Source: Pseudomonadota bacterium (GTDB taxonomy: Bacteria; Pseudomonadota; Gammaproteobacteria; Pseudomonadales; Pseudohongiellaceae). Taken from it: DNA of 64,000 nucleotides. The notes beneath the pieces are model-generated. The model was not told the DNA's origin, did not search any database, and saw only the letters and a list, made by a program, of their open reading frames with translations. Each line of letters starts with the position of its first letter. The first letter of the stretch is position 1. A program made the translations under genes and the position numbers. The DNA lies in the NCBI GenBank assembly GCA_046047495.1, contig JBJOHV010000018.1, positions 46,048 through 110,047 on the forward strand, in the 5' to 3' direction. Of the stretch, positions 28,510 to 36,877 are shown one piece after another.

Positions 28510-31500
28510 TCAGACCTTGCGCTGCTTGCTGGCTGCCCCATACCGCAGATCCAGGGTATAAGGCTGGGAGGGATGGGGCTCTTCGGTGCGGTAATCACGC
28601 TCCCCCTGACTGTGACCATGGGCCCAGAAACGGGCAACCCGTCTGGCCTCTGCCTCGTTGGCATTGACCGGGAAGGTATCGTAGTTCCTGCCACCCGGAT
28701 GTGAGACGTGATAGGTACATCCGCCCAGGGATCGATTGTTAAACGTATCGACCAGATCGAACACCAGCGGGGAATTCACCGGCAGGGTCGGGTGCAGAGC
28801 CGAATATGGTGCCCAAGCCTTGTAACGCACGCCCGCCACGTATTCACTTTCCTTGCCGGTGTACTGCAACGGCAATTTGCGCCCGTTGCAGGTGACGATG
28901 AAGCGGTTGCTCGTCATATTCCTGGCCTTGACCTGCAATCTCTCCACCGAGCTGTCAACGTAACGTGAGGTGCCCTGACCGGTGCTCTCCTCGCCCAGGA
29001 CATGCCAGGGCTCGATGGCACCGGTGAACTCCAACTCGACACCTGCCACATGGATGGTGCCAAAGTGCGGGAACCGGAATTCCTGAAACGGCGCAAACCA
29101 GTCCAGTTCGAATCCGTAGCCGGCATTCCGCAAATCTTCCACCACCCAGCCCAGGTCCTGCCAGACGAAATGCGGCAGCATGAACCGGTCATGCAACTCC
29201 GTACCCCAGTTGATCAATGGCTTGCGGTAAGGGTGCTGCCAGAAATGGGCCACCAGGGCTCTTAGCAGCAACATCTGCAAAGCACTCATCTGCCAATGGG
29301 GCGGCATTTCAAAATTGCGGAATTCCACCAGTCCCAACCTGCCGCTGCTGCTGTCCGGAGAATACAATTTGTCGATACAGAATTCCGCGCGATGGGTATT
29401 ACCGGTAAGGTCCACCAGGAAATTGCGCAGGATGCGATCCACCAGCCAGGGCTGCGGGGATTCCCCTTCCACCAGCTGCTGCAAGGCGATTTCCAGTTCG
29501 TACAAATTGTCATCCCGCGCCTCGTCAACCCGTGGCGCTTGGCTCGTTGGTCCTATGAACTGTCCGGAGAACAGATAGGAGAGGCTGGGGTGGTTTTGCC
29601 AGTAGCGAATCAGGCTGCCCAACAGGTCCGGGCGGCGCAGGAACGGGCTGTCCTCCGCCCGCGCTGCACCCAGGGTTACGTGGTTGCCACCCCCGGTCCC
29701 CGTGTGCTTGCCGTCCAGCATGAACTTCTCCGTGCCCAGTCGACACACCCTGGCGGCCTCATACAACTCACTGATGATGCCAGTCAGTTCCTTCCAGTCA
29801 TGGGCCGGATGCACGTTGACTTCGATCACGCCGGGGTCAGGTGTGATCATCAGCTTGCGCAACCGGGCATCCCGGGGCGGTTCATAGCCTTCCAGGATTA
29901 CCTGAAGCTTCAGCTTCGCTGCAGCATCCTCGATGGCACCCAGCAACGCCACATAATGTCCCAGATGGGTCAGCGGCGGCAGAAATACATACAGCCTCCC
30001 GTCCCTGATTTCCACACACAGCGCGGTATGGAAAATGGTATCCGGATCATCCTCCTCATCGGCAGTGCCCGGTGAGCCGTTGCCATTCAGGGGCTCATCG
30101 GCAGCGAAGGGATCCTTCTCAAACTGCTGGTGCTTTTTCTCCGGAGGCTGCCAGGGAATACCGTCCAGGGGCAAACGATAGCCCATGGGAGAGTCACCGG
30201 GAACAAGGTACATGGCGTCCCGTTTGAAATACCAGCGACAACTGCGCCAGCGGGACTGTTTGCCGTCATCCACCCAGGCCAGGGGCAGTGTATAGCCAAT
30301 GACCTTGTCCAACCCCTGGGCAAATACCTTGCGCAGGCGCTTGCGCTCCAATGGATCCTTGAGTTTGTTGTCATCCACCTCCACATTGGCCGGCAGGCTC
30401 CCTTCGCGGGCCAGGTAGAACAATTTATCTTCGTATCCGGGAACCACATAACGTGCCGGAACACCCAGGTTTCCACAGAGGGTGTCGATGAAGTTCCTGG
30501 CATCATCCTCCCGGCAATTGCCGCTTTGCGATTCGTCCGCCAGCAACTTGGCATTGCGCCACAATGGTTCCTTATCCGTACGCCAGTACAATCCCAATGC
30601 CCAGCGTGGTACCGGCTCACCCGGATACCACTTGCCCTGACCGAAGTGCAGTACCGCACCCCTGGTAAATCGCTTTTTTAAATCAAGCAGCAGATTGCCG
30701 GCCAGTTGGCGCTTTTCCTTTCCCAGGGCGGCGATATTCCATTGAGCACTTTGCATGTCATCGATGGAGACAAAGGTGGGCTCGCCACCCATGGTGAGAT
30801 TCACCTTGTGCTTCTTCAGTTCACGATCCACCGCCTTGCCCAATCCGTCGATGTGCGACCACTGGCTGTCGTTGAACGGCTTGGTGACCCGCGGGTCTTC
30901 GTGTATGCGAGTAACTTTGTTCTCGAACTCGAACTTCACTTCGCACACACCTGTCGTGCCGGTCACAGCAGCGGCGCTGACAGGGTCCGGCGTGCATGCC
31001 AGCGGGATATGACCCTCGGCGGCGAACAACCCGGAAGTAGGATCCAGGCCGATCCAGCCGGCACCCGGAATATAAACCTCGGCCCAGGCGTGCAGGTCCG
31101 TGAAATCCGCAACCGGGCCGGAAGGGCCATCGAGCGCCTTGACATCAGCGGTCAATTGCACCAGATAGCCGGAAACGAATCGGGCCGCCAGACCCAGGTG
31201 CCGCAGAATCTGCACCAAGAGCCAGCCGGTATCGCGACAGGAGCCAGTCCCATTGGCCAGAGTTTGCTCACAGGTCTGCACCCCTGGCTCCATGCGAATC
31301 AGGTAGCCAATGGCTGCTTGCAGCTGACTGTTGAGTTGTACCAGGAAATCCACGGTCGGCGTCTTGCGGCGCTTGATGGATTTCATCCAGGCCATCAGCT
31401 TGGGACCTTTTTCTGTTACCACCAGATAGGGGGCCAGGTCTCGTTTGAGCTGCTGATCGTATTTGAATGGGTAGTGTTGCGCAGAATCCTCCAGGAAAAA

Positions 31501-31776
31501 GTCGAAAGGATTGATCACGGTCATGTCGGCGATCAGCTCGACTTCCAGCGCCAGTTTCTTTGTGCGTTCCGGAAAAACGACCCGGGCCAGGTAATTGGCG
31601 AAAGGATCCTGTTGCCAATTGATGAAGTGATCCTTTGGCTCAATACGCAGTGAATAGCTTTGAATGGGTGTACGACAGTGGGGTGCAGGCCGCAAGCGGA
31701 TCACATGGGGAAAGATTTCGACCATGCGGTCAAAGTTATAAACGGTCTTGTGCGTTATTGCTACTTTGATGGTCAT
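28510..31776 (-). CDS. Large transglutaminase-family protein (Bact_transglu_N + transglutaminase core + DUF2126)
   Basis: N-terminus 'MTIKVAITHKTVYNFDRMVEIFPHVIRLRPAPH' is typical of Bact_transglu_N. Core Cys in 'GTGSCRDTGWLLVQILRHLGLAARFVSGY' and His/Asp in 'DLHAWAEVYIPGAGWIGLDPT'. A ~700-aa C-terminal extension follows. Confidence 0.8.
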   Translation of the reverse strand: MTIKVAITHKTVYNFDRMVEIFPHVIRLRPAPHCRTPIQSYSLRIEPKDHFINWQQDPFANYLARVVFPERTKKLALEVELIADMTVINPFDFFLEDSAQHYPFKYDQQLKRDLAPYLVVTEKGPKLMAWMKSIKRRKTPTVDFLVQLNSQLQAAIGYLIRMEPGVQTCEQTLANGTGSCRDTGWLLVQILRHLGLAARFVSGYLVQLTADVKALDGPSGPVADFTDLHAWAEVYIPGAGWIGLDPTSGLFAAEGHIPLACTPDPVSAAAVTGTTGVCEVKFEFENKVTRIHEDPRVTKPFNDSQWSHIDGLGKAVDRELKKHKVNLTMGGEPTFVSIDDMQSAQWNIAALGKEKRQLAGNLLLDLKKRFTRGAVLHFGQGKWYPGEPVPRWALGLYWRTDKEPLWRNAKLLADESQSGNCREDDARNFIDTLCGNLGVPARYVVPGYEDKLFYLAREGSLPANVEVDDNKLKDPLERKRLRKVFAQGLDKVIGYTLPLAWVDDGKQSRWRSCRWYFKRDAMYLVPGDSPMGYRLPLDGIPWQPPEKKHQQFEKDPFAADEPLNGNGSPGTADEEDDPDTIFHTALCVEIRDGRLYVFLPPLTHLGHYVALLGAIEDAAAKLKLQVILEGYEPPRDARLRKLMITPDPGVIEVNVHPAHDWKELTGIISELYEAARVCRLGTEKFMLDGKHTGTGGGNHVTLGAARAEDSPFLRRPDLLGSLIRYWQNHPSLSYLFSGQFIGPTSQAPRVDEARDDNLYELEIALQQLVEGESPQPWLVDRILRNFLVDLTGNTHRAEFCIDKLYSPDSSSGRLGLVEFRNFEMPPHWQMSALQMLLLRALVAHFWQHPYRKPLINWGTELHDRFMLPHFVWQDLGWVVEDLRNAGYGFELDWFAPFQEFRFPHFGTIHVAGVELEFTGAIEPWHVLGEESTGQGTSRYVDSSVERLQVKARNMTSNRFIVTCNGRKLPLQYTGKESEYVAGVRYKAWAPYSALHPTLPVNSPLVFDLVDTFNNRSLGGCTYHVSHPGGRNYDTFPVNANEAEARRVARFWAHGHSQGERDYRTEEPHPSQPYTLDLRYGAASKQRKV

Positions 31777-31805
31777 TGTGTAAGGTAGTCTGCAAAGATT
31801 CAGTA

Positions 31806-33269
31806 ATGGCGTTTGCCGTCAATATGCGCGTAGACTGGAAATCATATCACCCCGGCGACTTTTATGACGAGATAATTAGCTCTCCGGGATATGCACGACG
31901 TCACGCGCAGGCCCTGGTCTCCTACTTGCGATCGCTGAACCATGCAGAGCTTCTGGAAAAGAAGCGTGCGGCGGAACTGGCCATCAAAACCATGGGCATT
32001 TCCTTTACGGTATATAGCGATGCCGGCAATATAGATCGCGAATGGCCCTTCGATATCATCCCCCGCATCATTCCTGAAAAGGAATGGAACACAACCAGTA
32101 AAGGCCTGGAACAGCGTGTCCGCGCACTGAATTGCTTTATCAATGATATTTACAACGACCAGAAAATTTTCAAGGACAAGGTCGTTCCCCGCGATCTGAT
32201 TCTGAATTCCGGCAACTTCCGCAAGCAATGCCTGGGTGTCAAACCCATATACGGAGTCTGGGCACACATTTGCGGCACCGATTTGGTGCGGGACAAGGAC
32301 GGCAGATTTTATGTGCTGGAGGACAACCTGCGGGTCCCCTCCGGTGTGTCCTACATGCTGGAGAACCGCACGGTGACCAAGCGGGTCTTCCCCGAATTGT
32401 TCGAGAACTACAACATCCTCCCCGTCACTGAATACCCCACCGCCCTTTTCGATACCCTGGCCGCCATCTCGCCCCGCAGCCTGGAATATCCGGAAGTCGT
32501 TGTCCTCACCCCGGGCATTTACAACTCCGCCTACTTCGAGCATTCCTTCCTGGCCCAGCGCATGGGTGCCGAACTGGTGGAGGGTGGTGATCTGGTGGTG
32601 GAGGATGACTGTGTCTACATGCGCACCGTGGCGGGTCTGTCGCGGGTGGATGTCATTTACCGACGCATCGATGACCTGTTCCTCGATCCAACAGTCTTCC
32701 GCAAGGACTCTGTGTTGGGTGTCAGCGGGTTGATCCGTTCCTGGCTTAAGGGCAACGTGGCCCTCGCCAATGCGCCGGGAGCCGGTGTGGCGGACGACAA
32801 GGTGGTCTATACCTACGTGCCCGCCATCATCAAATATTACCTGGGCGAGGATCCCATCCTGCCCAATGTCCCGAGTTTTATCTGTTCGGATGAAAAGCAG
32901 TGCCAGCACGTACTGCAGAATCTGGACAAGCTGGTGGTCAAGCCTGCCAATGAATCCGGCGGCTATGGCATGTTGATGGGCCCTCAGTCCAGCAAGCAGG
33001 AGCGCGAGGAGTTTGCCCGCAAAATTAAGGCGAATCCGCGCAACTACATGGCGCAGCCTTTGATTTCACTCTCCACCGCACCGATCCTGGGCGAGCGCAA
33101 TGTGGAGCCACGCCATGTGGATCTGCGCCCATTCATCCTGCAGGCCCAGAAATCCTATGTCACCCCGGGGGGCCTGACCCGGGTCGCCATGGTCAAGGGG
33201 TCCTATGTGGTCAACTCCTCCCAGGGGGGCGGCAGCAAGGACACCTGGATCGTGGGAGAGAGGGACTGA
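31806..33269 (+). CDS. Circularly permuted type-2 ATP-grasp protein
   Basis: 'YDEIISSPGYARRHA', 'RDGRFYVLEDNLRVPSGVSYMLENR' and 'LVVKPANESGGYGMLMGP' fit the CP_ATPgrasp_2 family. I prefer the ATG at 31806, because the track start 31776 would overlap the divergent gene's start codon. Confidence 0.8.
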   Translation: MAFAVNMRVDWKSYHPGDFYDEIISSPGYARRHAQALVSYLRSLNHAELLEKKRAAELAIKTMGISFTVYSDAGNIDREWPFDIIPRIIPEKEWNTTSKGLEQRVRALNCFINDIYNDQKIFKDKVVPRDLILNSGNFRKQCLGVKPIYGVWAHICGTDLVRDKDGRFYVLEDNLRVPSGVSYMLENRTVTKRVFPELFENYNILPVTEYPTALFDTLAAISPRSLEYPEVVVLTPGIYNSAYFEHSFLAQRMGAELVEGGDLVVEDDCVYMRTVAGLSRVDVIYRRIDDLFLDPTVFRKDSVLGVSGLIRSWLKGNVALANAPGAGVADDKVVYTYVPAIIKYYLGEDPILPNVPSFICSDEKQCQHVLQNLDKLVVKPANESGGYGMLMGPQSSKQEREEFARKIKANPRNYMAQPLISLSTAPILGERNVEPRHVDLRPFILQAQKSYVTPGGLTRVAMVKGSYVVNSSQGGGSKDTWIVGERD

Positions 33270-33271
33270 CC

Positions 33272-34246
33272 ATGCTGTCCAGAGTTGCAGAACGGGTGTA
33301 CTGGCTGGCGCGTTACATGGAGCGGGCGGAAAACACGGCGCGTCTGCTCAATGTGTATTCCAATCTGCTGCTGGATCTGCCGCGGGGCACCAAGGTGGGT
33401 TGGCACAGCCTGGTGGAAATTACCGGGACTCATCCGGCTTTCGAGGCCACCAAGCGGCCCTCGGACGAGCGATCCATCGTACGCTTTCTGCTGGCGGAGC
33501 AAAATGGCCACTCCCTGTTGAGCGTATTGTCCATGGCCCGTGAAAACGCCAGGACCACGCGCGAAATCATCCCTGCCGAAGCATTTGAACAGATCAACAA
33601 TCTGTACCACTTCATCAAGGACAATGCCGCCAAGGGGATTTCTCGCGGCCCACGCCACGAGCTGCTCCAGGAGATCATAGAAAACTGTCAGCAGTTGACC
33701 GGACTGCTGGCCGGTACCATGAGTCACAATGCCGCCTACAGTTTTATTCGCATCGGCAGGAACCTGGAGCGGGCAGACATGACCACCCGTATCGTGGACG
33801 TGGGGTCCGGCAGCCTGCTGCCATCACTGGCTGCCAGAACCGATGGTGAAAGTCCACCTTCCGAGCCCTATGAGAATATTTTGTGGATGAGCGTGTTGCG
33901 ATCCATCAGCGCCTATCAGATGTACCGTCAGCACGTGCGTGATCGGGTGAATGCGGAAGATGTGGTGATGTTCCTCTTGCAAGATCCCTTGTTCCCGCGC
34001 GCAGTGGTTCACTGTCTGACCCAGGTGCAGAACTGCATCAGCGACCTGCCCAACAACGAAAACGCCATGCGGCAGGTGGCAGCAGCGCTGCGCCGCGGCA
34101 AGGAAGCCAAGATACCGTTACTGCTGGCGGGTGGGCTGTTTACCTACATCGACGAATTACAGGTGGAAATCGCGGGGATTCACGAACAGATCGCAGCCAC
34201 CTGGTTCCTGCCGGTGATCAGCCAGCAGCGATCACAATCCGCCTGA
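33272..34246 (+). CDS. Alpha-E domain protein (DUF403)
   Basis: N-terminus 'MLSRVAERVYWLARYMERAENTARLLNV' is the family hallmark, and a second 'RIGRNLERADMTTRIV' repeat is present. It starts 2 nt after the ATP-grasp stop. Confidence 0.75.
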   Translation: MLSRVAERVYWLARYMERAENTARLLNVYSNLLLDLPRGTKVGWHSLVEITGTHPAFEATKRPSDERSIVRFLLAEQNGHSLLSVLSMARENARTTREIIPAEAFEQINNLYHFIKDNAAKGISRGPRHELLQEIIENCQQLTGLLAGTMSHNAAYSFIRIGRNLERADMTTRIVDVGSGSLLPSLAARTDGESPPSEPYENILWMSVLRSISAYQMYRQHVRDRVNAEDVVMFLLQDPLFPRAVVHCLTQVQNCISDLPNNENAMRQVAAALRRGKEAKIPLLLAGGLFTYIDELQVEIAGIHEQIAATWFLPVISQQRSQSA

Positions 34247-34984
34247 TTCTTCCCGGGGCTTGTCCCAATTGGCTGCCCACGCAAGCGGTGGCATTTGGCG
34301 AAAGGCATCCTTCAAACGCTGATCCCAGCCACGGCTGATCTCACGCAAGAACTCGCTGTTGGCATCGAACTTGTGATGGCCATCCAGGATCAGGCTGTTG
34401 GTGCGATACACCAGCACCTCCACCGGCGGACCCACAGTGAGATTGCTGCGCATAGTGGAATCCATGGACACCAGGGCGCAGAGGGCGCAGGTATCCAGAT
34501 TGAGCTCCGGAGTCAGAATGCGATCCAGAATGGGCTTGCCGTATTTGCTTTCCCCGATTTGCAGATAGAGGGTGTCTTCGGAAGTCGTGATGTGATTGCC
34601 CTCCGGATACACCAGGATGACCTCGTGCCGACTGCCGGCAATCTGCCCCCCGATGATGAAGCTGGCTTCGAAACCGGAGCCTCCGCCATGCTTCTGCTGC
34701 TGGGCTTTGCTGACGTCACCCAGATAGTCCGAGGCTTCGAAAATGCTGGTCACCGTCATCAGGTTGATTTCAGCGTTTTTCTTTATGTCCAGTTTGATCT
34801 GGGCAATGGTCGCCTGAGTGGTGGCAAGATTGCCGGCGGACAGGATGACAAACTGCCGCTGGCCGTCGACTCCGAAGCGGAACATCTTGCTATAGGTGCT
34901 GATTTGATCGATGCCGGCATTGGTTCGGGAATCCGAACAAAAAACCATGCCGTCATTTACGGAAACTGCCAAACAATAGGTCAT
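34232..34984 (-). CDS. Anbu-type proteasome beta-subunit homolog (Ntn hydrolase)
   Basis: 'MTYCLAVSVNDGMVFCSDSRTNAG' has Thr directly after Met. ATG 34984 is chosen over the track start 35017 for that reason. Later 'GNLATTQ' and 'FIIGGQI' blocks are present. The genomic association with ATP-grasp, alpha-E and transglutaminase genes is typical. Confidence 0.75.
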   Translation of the reverse strand: MTYCLAVSVNDGMVFCSDSRTNAGIDQISTYSKMFRFGVDGQRQFVILSAGNLATTQATIAQIKLDIKKNAEINLMTVTSIFEASDYLGDVSKAQQQKHGGGSGFEASFIIGGQIAGSRHEVILVYPEGNHITTSEDTLYLQIGESKYGKPILDRILTPELNLDTCALCALVSMDSTMRSNLTVGPPVEVLVYRTNSLILDGHHKFDANSEFLREISRGWDQRLKDAFRQMPPLAWAANWDKPREESGGL

Positions 34985-35153
34985 GGAACTAACCGAAGTA
35001 CTTCTAGAGGTGAACAATCATACAGGCTCGTTCCGGATCAGGACAGAATTTTTTGACAGCACGAACGCAGCCCCTGATGACGGCATAATGCCGCCACCAC
35101 GGGGAATTTCCACAATGATTTCAAAGGGCTGAGCCAACCCTTATGGCTTGTCA

Positions 35154-35636
35154 TCAGCCGGTTTGGGGCGACTCCAGCAGGCTGCGCAGCATCCACGCAG
35201 TTTTTTCATGGACCTGCATACGCTGGGTCAGCAGATCAGCTGTCGGCTCGTCGTGGGCTTCATCCGCTGCCGGGAAGGCACTGCGCGCGGTTCGCGCCAC
35301 TGTCTCCTGGCCCTTGACCAACTGGCGAATCATGTCCTCGGCTGATTCATTGCCCTGGGCCTCTGCGATGGAAGTGAGCCTGGCGAACTCGCTGTAGGAT
35401 CCCGGAGCCGGCATGCCCAGGGCCCGAATCCGTTCGGCAATGCTGTCCACCGCCATGGCGAGCTCAGTGTACTGAGCTTCGAACATGGCATGCAGCGCGG
35501 TGAATTGAGGACCCGTCACATTCCAATGATAGTTGTGTGTTTTCAGGTAAAGGGTGTAGCTGTCGGCCAACAGACGAGACAGGTTTTGCGCGATGGTTTC
35601 CCGCTGCTGTTTGCTCAGCCCGATGTCCACTTGCAT
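35154..35636 (-). CDS. dps: Dps (DNA starvation/stationary-phase protection, ferritin-like)
   Basis: '[38 protein letters not shown]' carries the ferroxidase-site His/Asp/Glu pattern of Dps. Length 160 aa. Confidence 0.9.
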   Translation of the reverse strand: MQVDIGLSKQQRETIAQNLSRLLADSYTLYLKTHNYHWNVTGPQFTALHAMFEAQYTELAMAVDSIAERIRALGMPAPGSYSEFARLTSIAEAQGNESAEDMIRQLVKGQETVARTARSAFPAADEAHDEPTADLLTQRMQVHEKTAWMLRSLLESPQTG

Positions 35637-35736
35637 GGGTTGACCTCCTTCGTGAATATTTATTGTTCGATAGTAGAGAAATGCTGCCGATACCTAAAAT
35701 AGATAATATCTGTCACTCTGATCGACTAGATCTCTT

Positions 35737-36633
35737 ATGCGTTACCCCACCGTAAAACAGCTCCGCTATTTTGTGGCTTTGGAAGAATCCCAGCATTTCG
35801 GGCAGGCGGCAGAGACGTGCCACGTATCGCAATCGGCGTTCAGCAACGCCATTCAGGAACTGGAAAGTCTGCTGGAAGTCCAGCTGGTGGACCGCACGAA
35901 CCGGCAGGTGACGATCACAGCCATCGGAAAGGAGATTGCTGTCCATGCCCGACTGTGCCTGCAGGACATCGAAGCGCTGGTGGAAGTCGCCGGGGGCCAG
36001 CGTGAGCCTCTGACCGGAGATCTCAATCTTGGGGTGATCCCCACTGTTGCACCATTCCTGCTGCCGACTTTGCTGCCAAAACTGCGCAAGGCTTTCCCCA
36101 AACTGCGCCTGTTTCTCACTGAGGACAAGACGCCTGAGCTGCATGACCAGATGATGGCCGGCAAGCTGGATGTACTGTTGTTGGCGCTACCCTATGACTT
36201 GCGGGGCGTGGAAAACCTGCCCTTGTTCCAGGACCGTTTCCTGCTGGCTTACCGGGATGGAACCCAACGGGTTGATCCTTCCAATCACAAACTCAATCGC
36301 GAAGAAATGGAGAGCGTGATCTTGATGCAGGATGGCCATTGTCTGAGGGATCACGCCATCGATGCCTGCAATTTGCGAAGCGGCTATCGAGTCAGCCGTT
36401 ATTCGGCCACCAGCCTGCTAACCCTGGTTGAGATGGTGGATGCCGACCTGGGCATCACTTTTCTGCCGTCCATGGCGGAGAAATCCAACCTGCTGCGCAA
36501 TACCCGGGTGAAGACGCTCCCGATGGGGGCCAAGAGTTTTCGCACCATAGGCATTGCCTGGCGCAAGGGCAGTAACCGGGCGGAGGAATTCAAGCTGCTG
36601 GGCGGGTTCATCAAACAAAACGCAGGAATCTGA
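35737..36633 (+). CDS. oxyR: LysR-family peroxide sensor OxyR
   Basis: HTH 'LRYFVALEESQHFGQAAETCHVSQSAFSNAIQELE'. 'LGVIPTVAPFLLP' is present. The redox pair is in 'QDGHCLRDHAIDAC', two Cys 9 residues apart as in E. coli C199/C208. The gene is divergent from dps. Confidence 0.85.
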   Translation: MRYPTVKQLRYFVALEESQHFGQAAETCHVSQSAFSNAIQELESLLEVQLVDRTNRQVTITAIGKEIAVHARLCLQDIEALVEVAGGQREPLTGDLNLGVIPTVAPFLLPTLLPKLRKAFPKLRLFLTEDKTPELHDQMMAGKLDVLLLALPYDLRGVENLPLFQDRFLLAYRDGTQRVDPSNHKLNREEMESVILMQDGHCLRDHAIDACNLRSGYRVSRYSATSLLTLVEMVDADLGITFLPSMAEKSNLLRNTRVKTLPMGAKSFRTIGIAWRKGSNRAEEFKLLGGFIKQNAGI

Positions 36634-36757
36634 GCGGGCACCCATGGCATTTTTTCCCCAGACCCTCTCACCAGCCGGGCACCTCGTCGGGACCCAAGAG
36701 GGCGAAACAGTGGGCGGCGCTCTTCCTGCTCGGCTAATGGCTTTGCAGCAGTGAGGT

Positions 36758-36854
36758 TGGCGGAAGAGGCAGGAGTCGAACCCACCAGGCGCGCATGGTG
36801 ACGAGCCTCACCGGGTTTGAAGTCCGGGCACCCCACCGGGGATGACGCTCTTCC
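36758..36854 (-). tRNA. selC: tRNA-Sec (anticodon UCA)
   Basis: The minus-strand sequence is GGAAGAGCGTCATCCCCGGTGGGGTGCCCGGACTTCAAACCCGGTGAGGCTCGTCACCATGCGCGCCTGGTGGGTTCGACTCCTGCCTCTTCCGCCA (97 nt). Its ends and T-loop (GGTTCGACTCC...CTTCCGCCA) nearly match E. coli selC as I recall it. The anticodon loop is CTTCAAA. It has a 6-bp D-stem (CATCCC/GGGGTG) with a 4-nt loop, a long variable arm and an encoded CCA. Confidence 0.85.
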
Positions 36855-36877
36855 GCCCTGGAGTGTAGCACGGCGGT

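Noticed and set aside
36755-36857. A longer tRNA model starting 3 nt further out, which would give a GGCGGAAG/CTTCCGCC 8-bp acceptor.
   Set aside because: That model would leave the tRNA ending in ...GCC-A without a proper discriminator plus CCA. Alignment to E. coli selC (GGAAGA...TCTTCC-G-CCA) places the ends at 36854 and 36758. The extra complementarity is probably coincidental.
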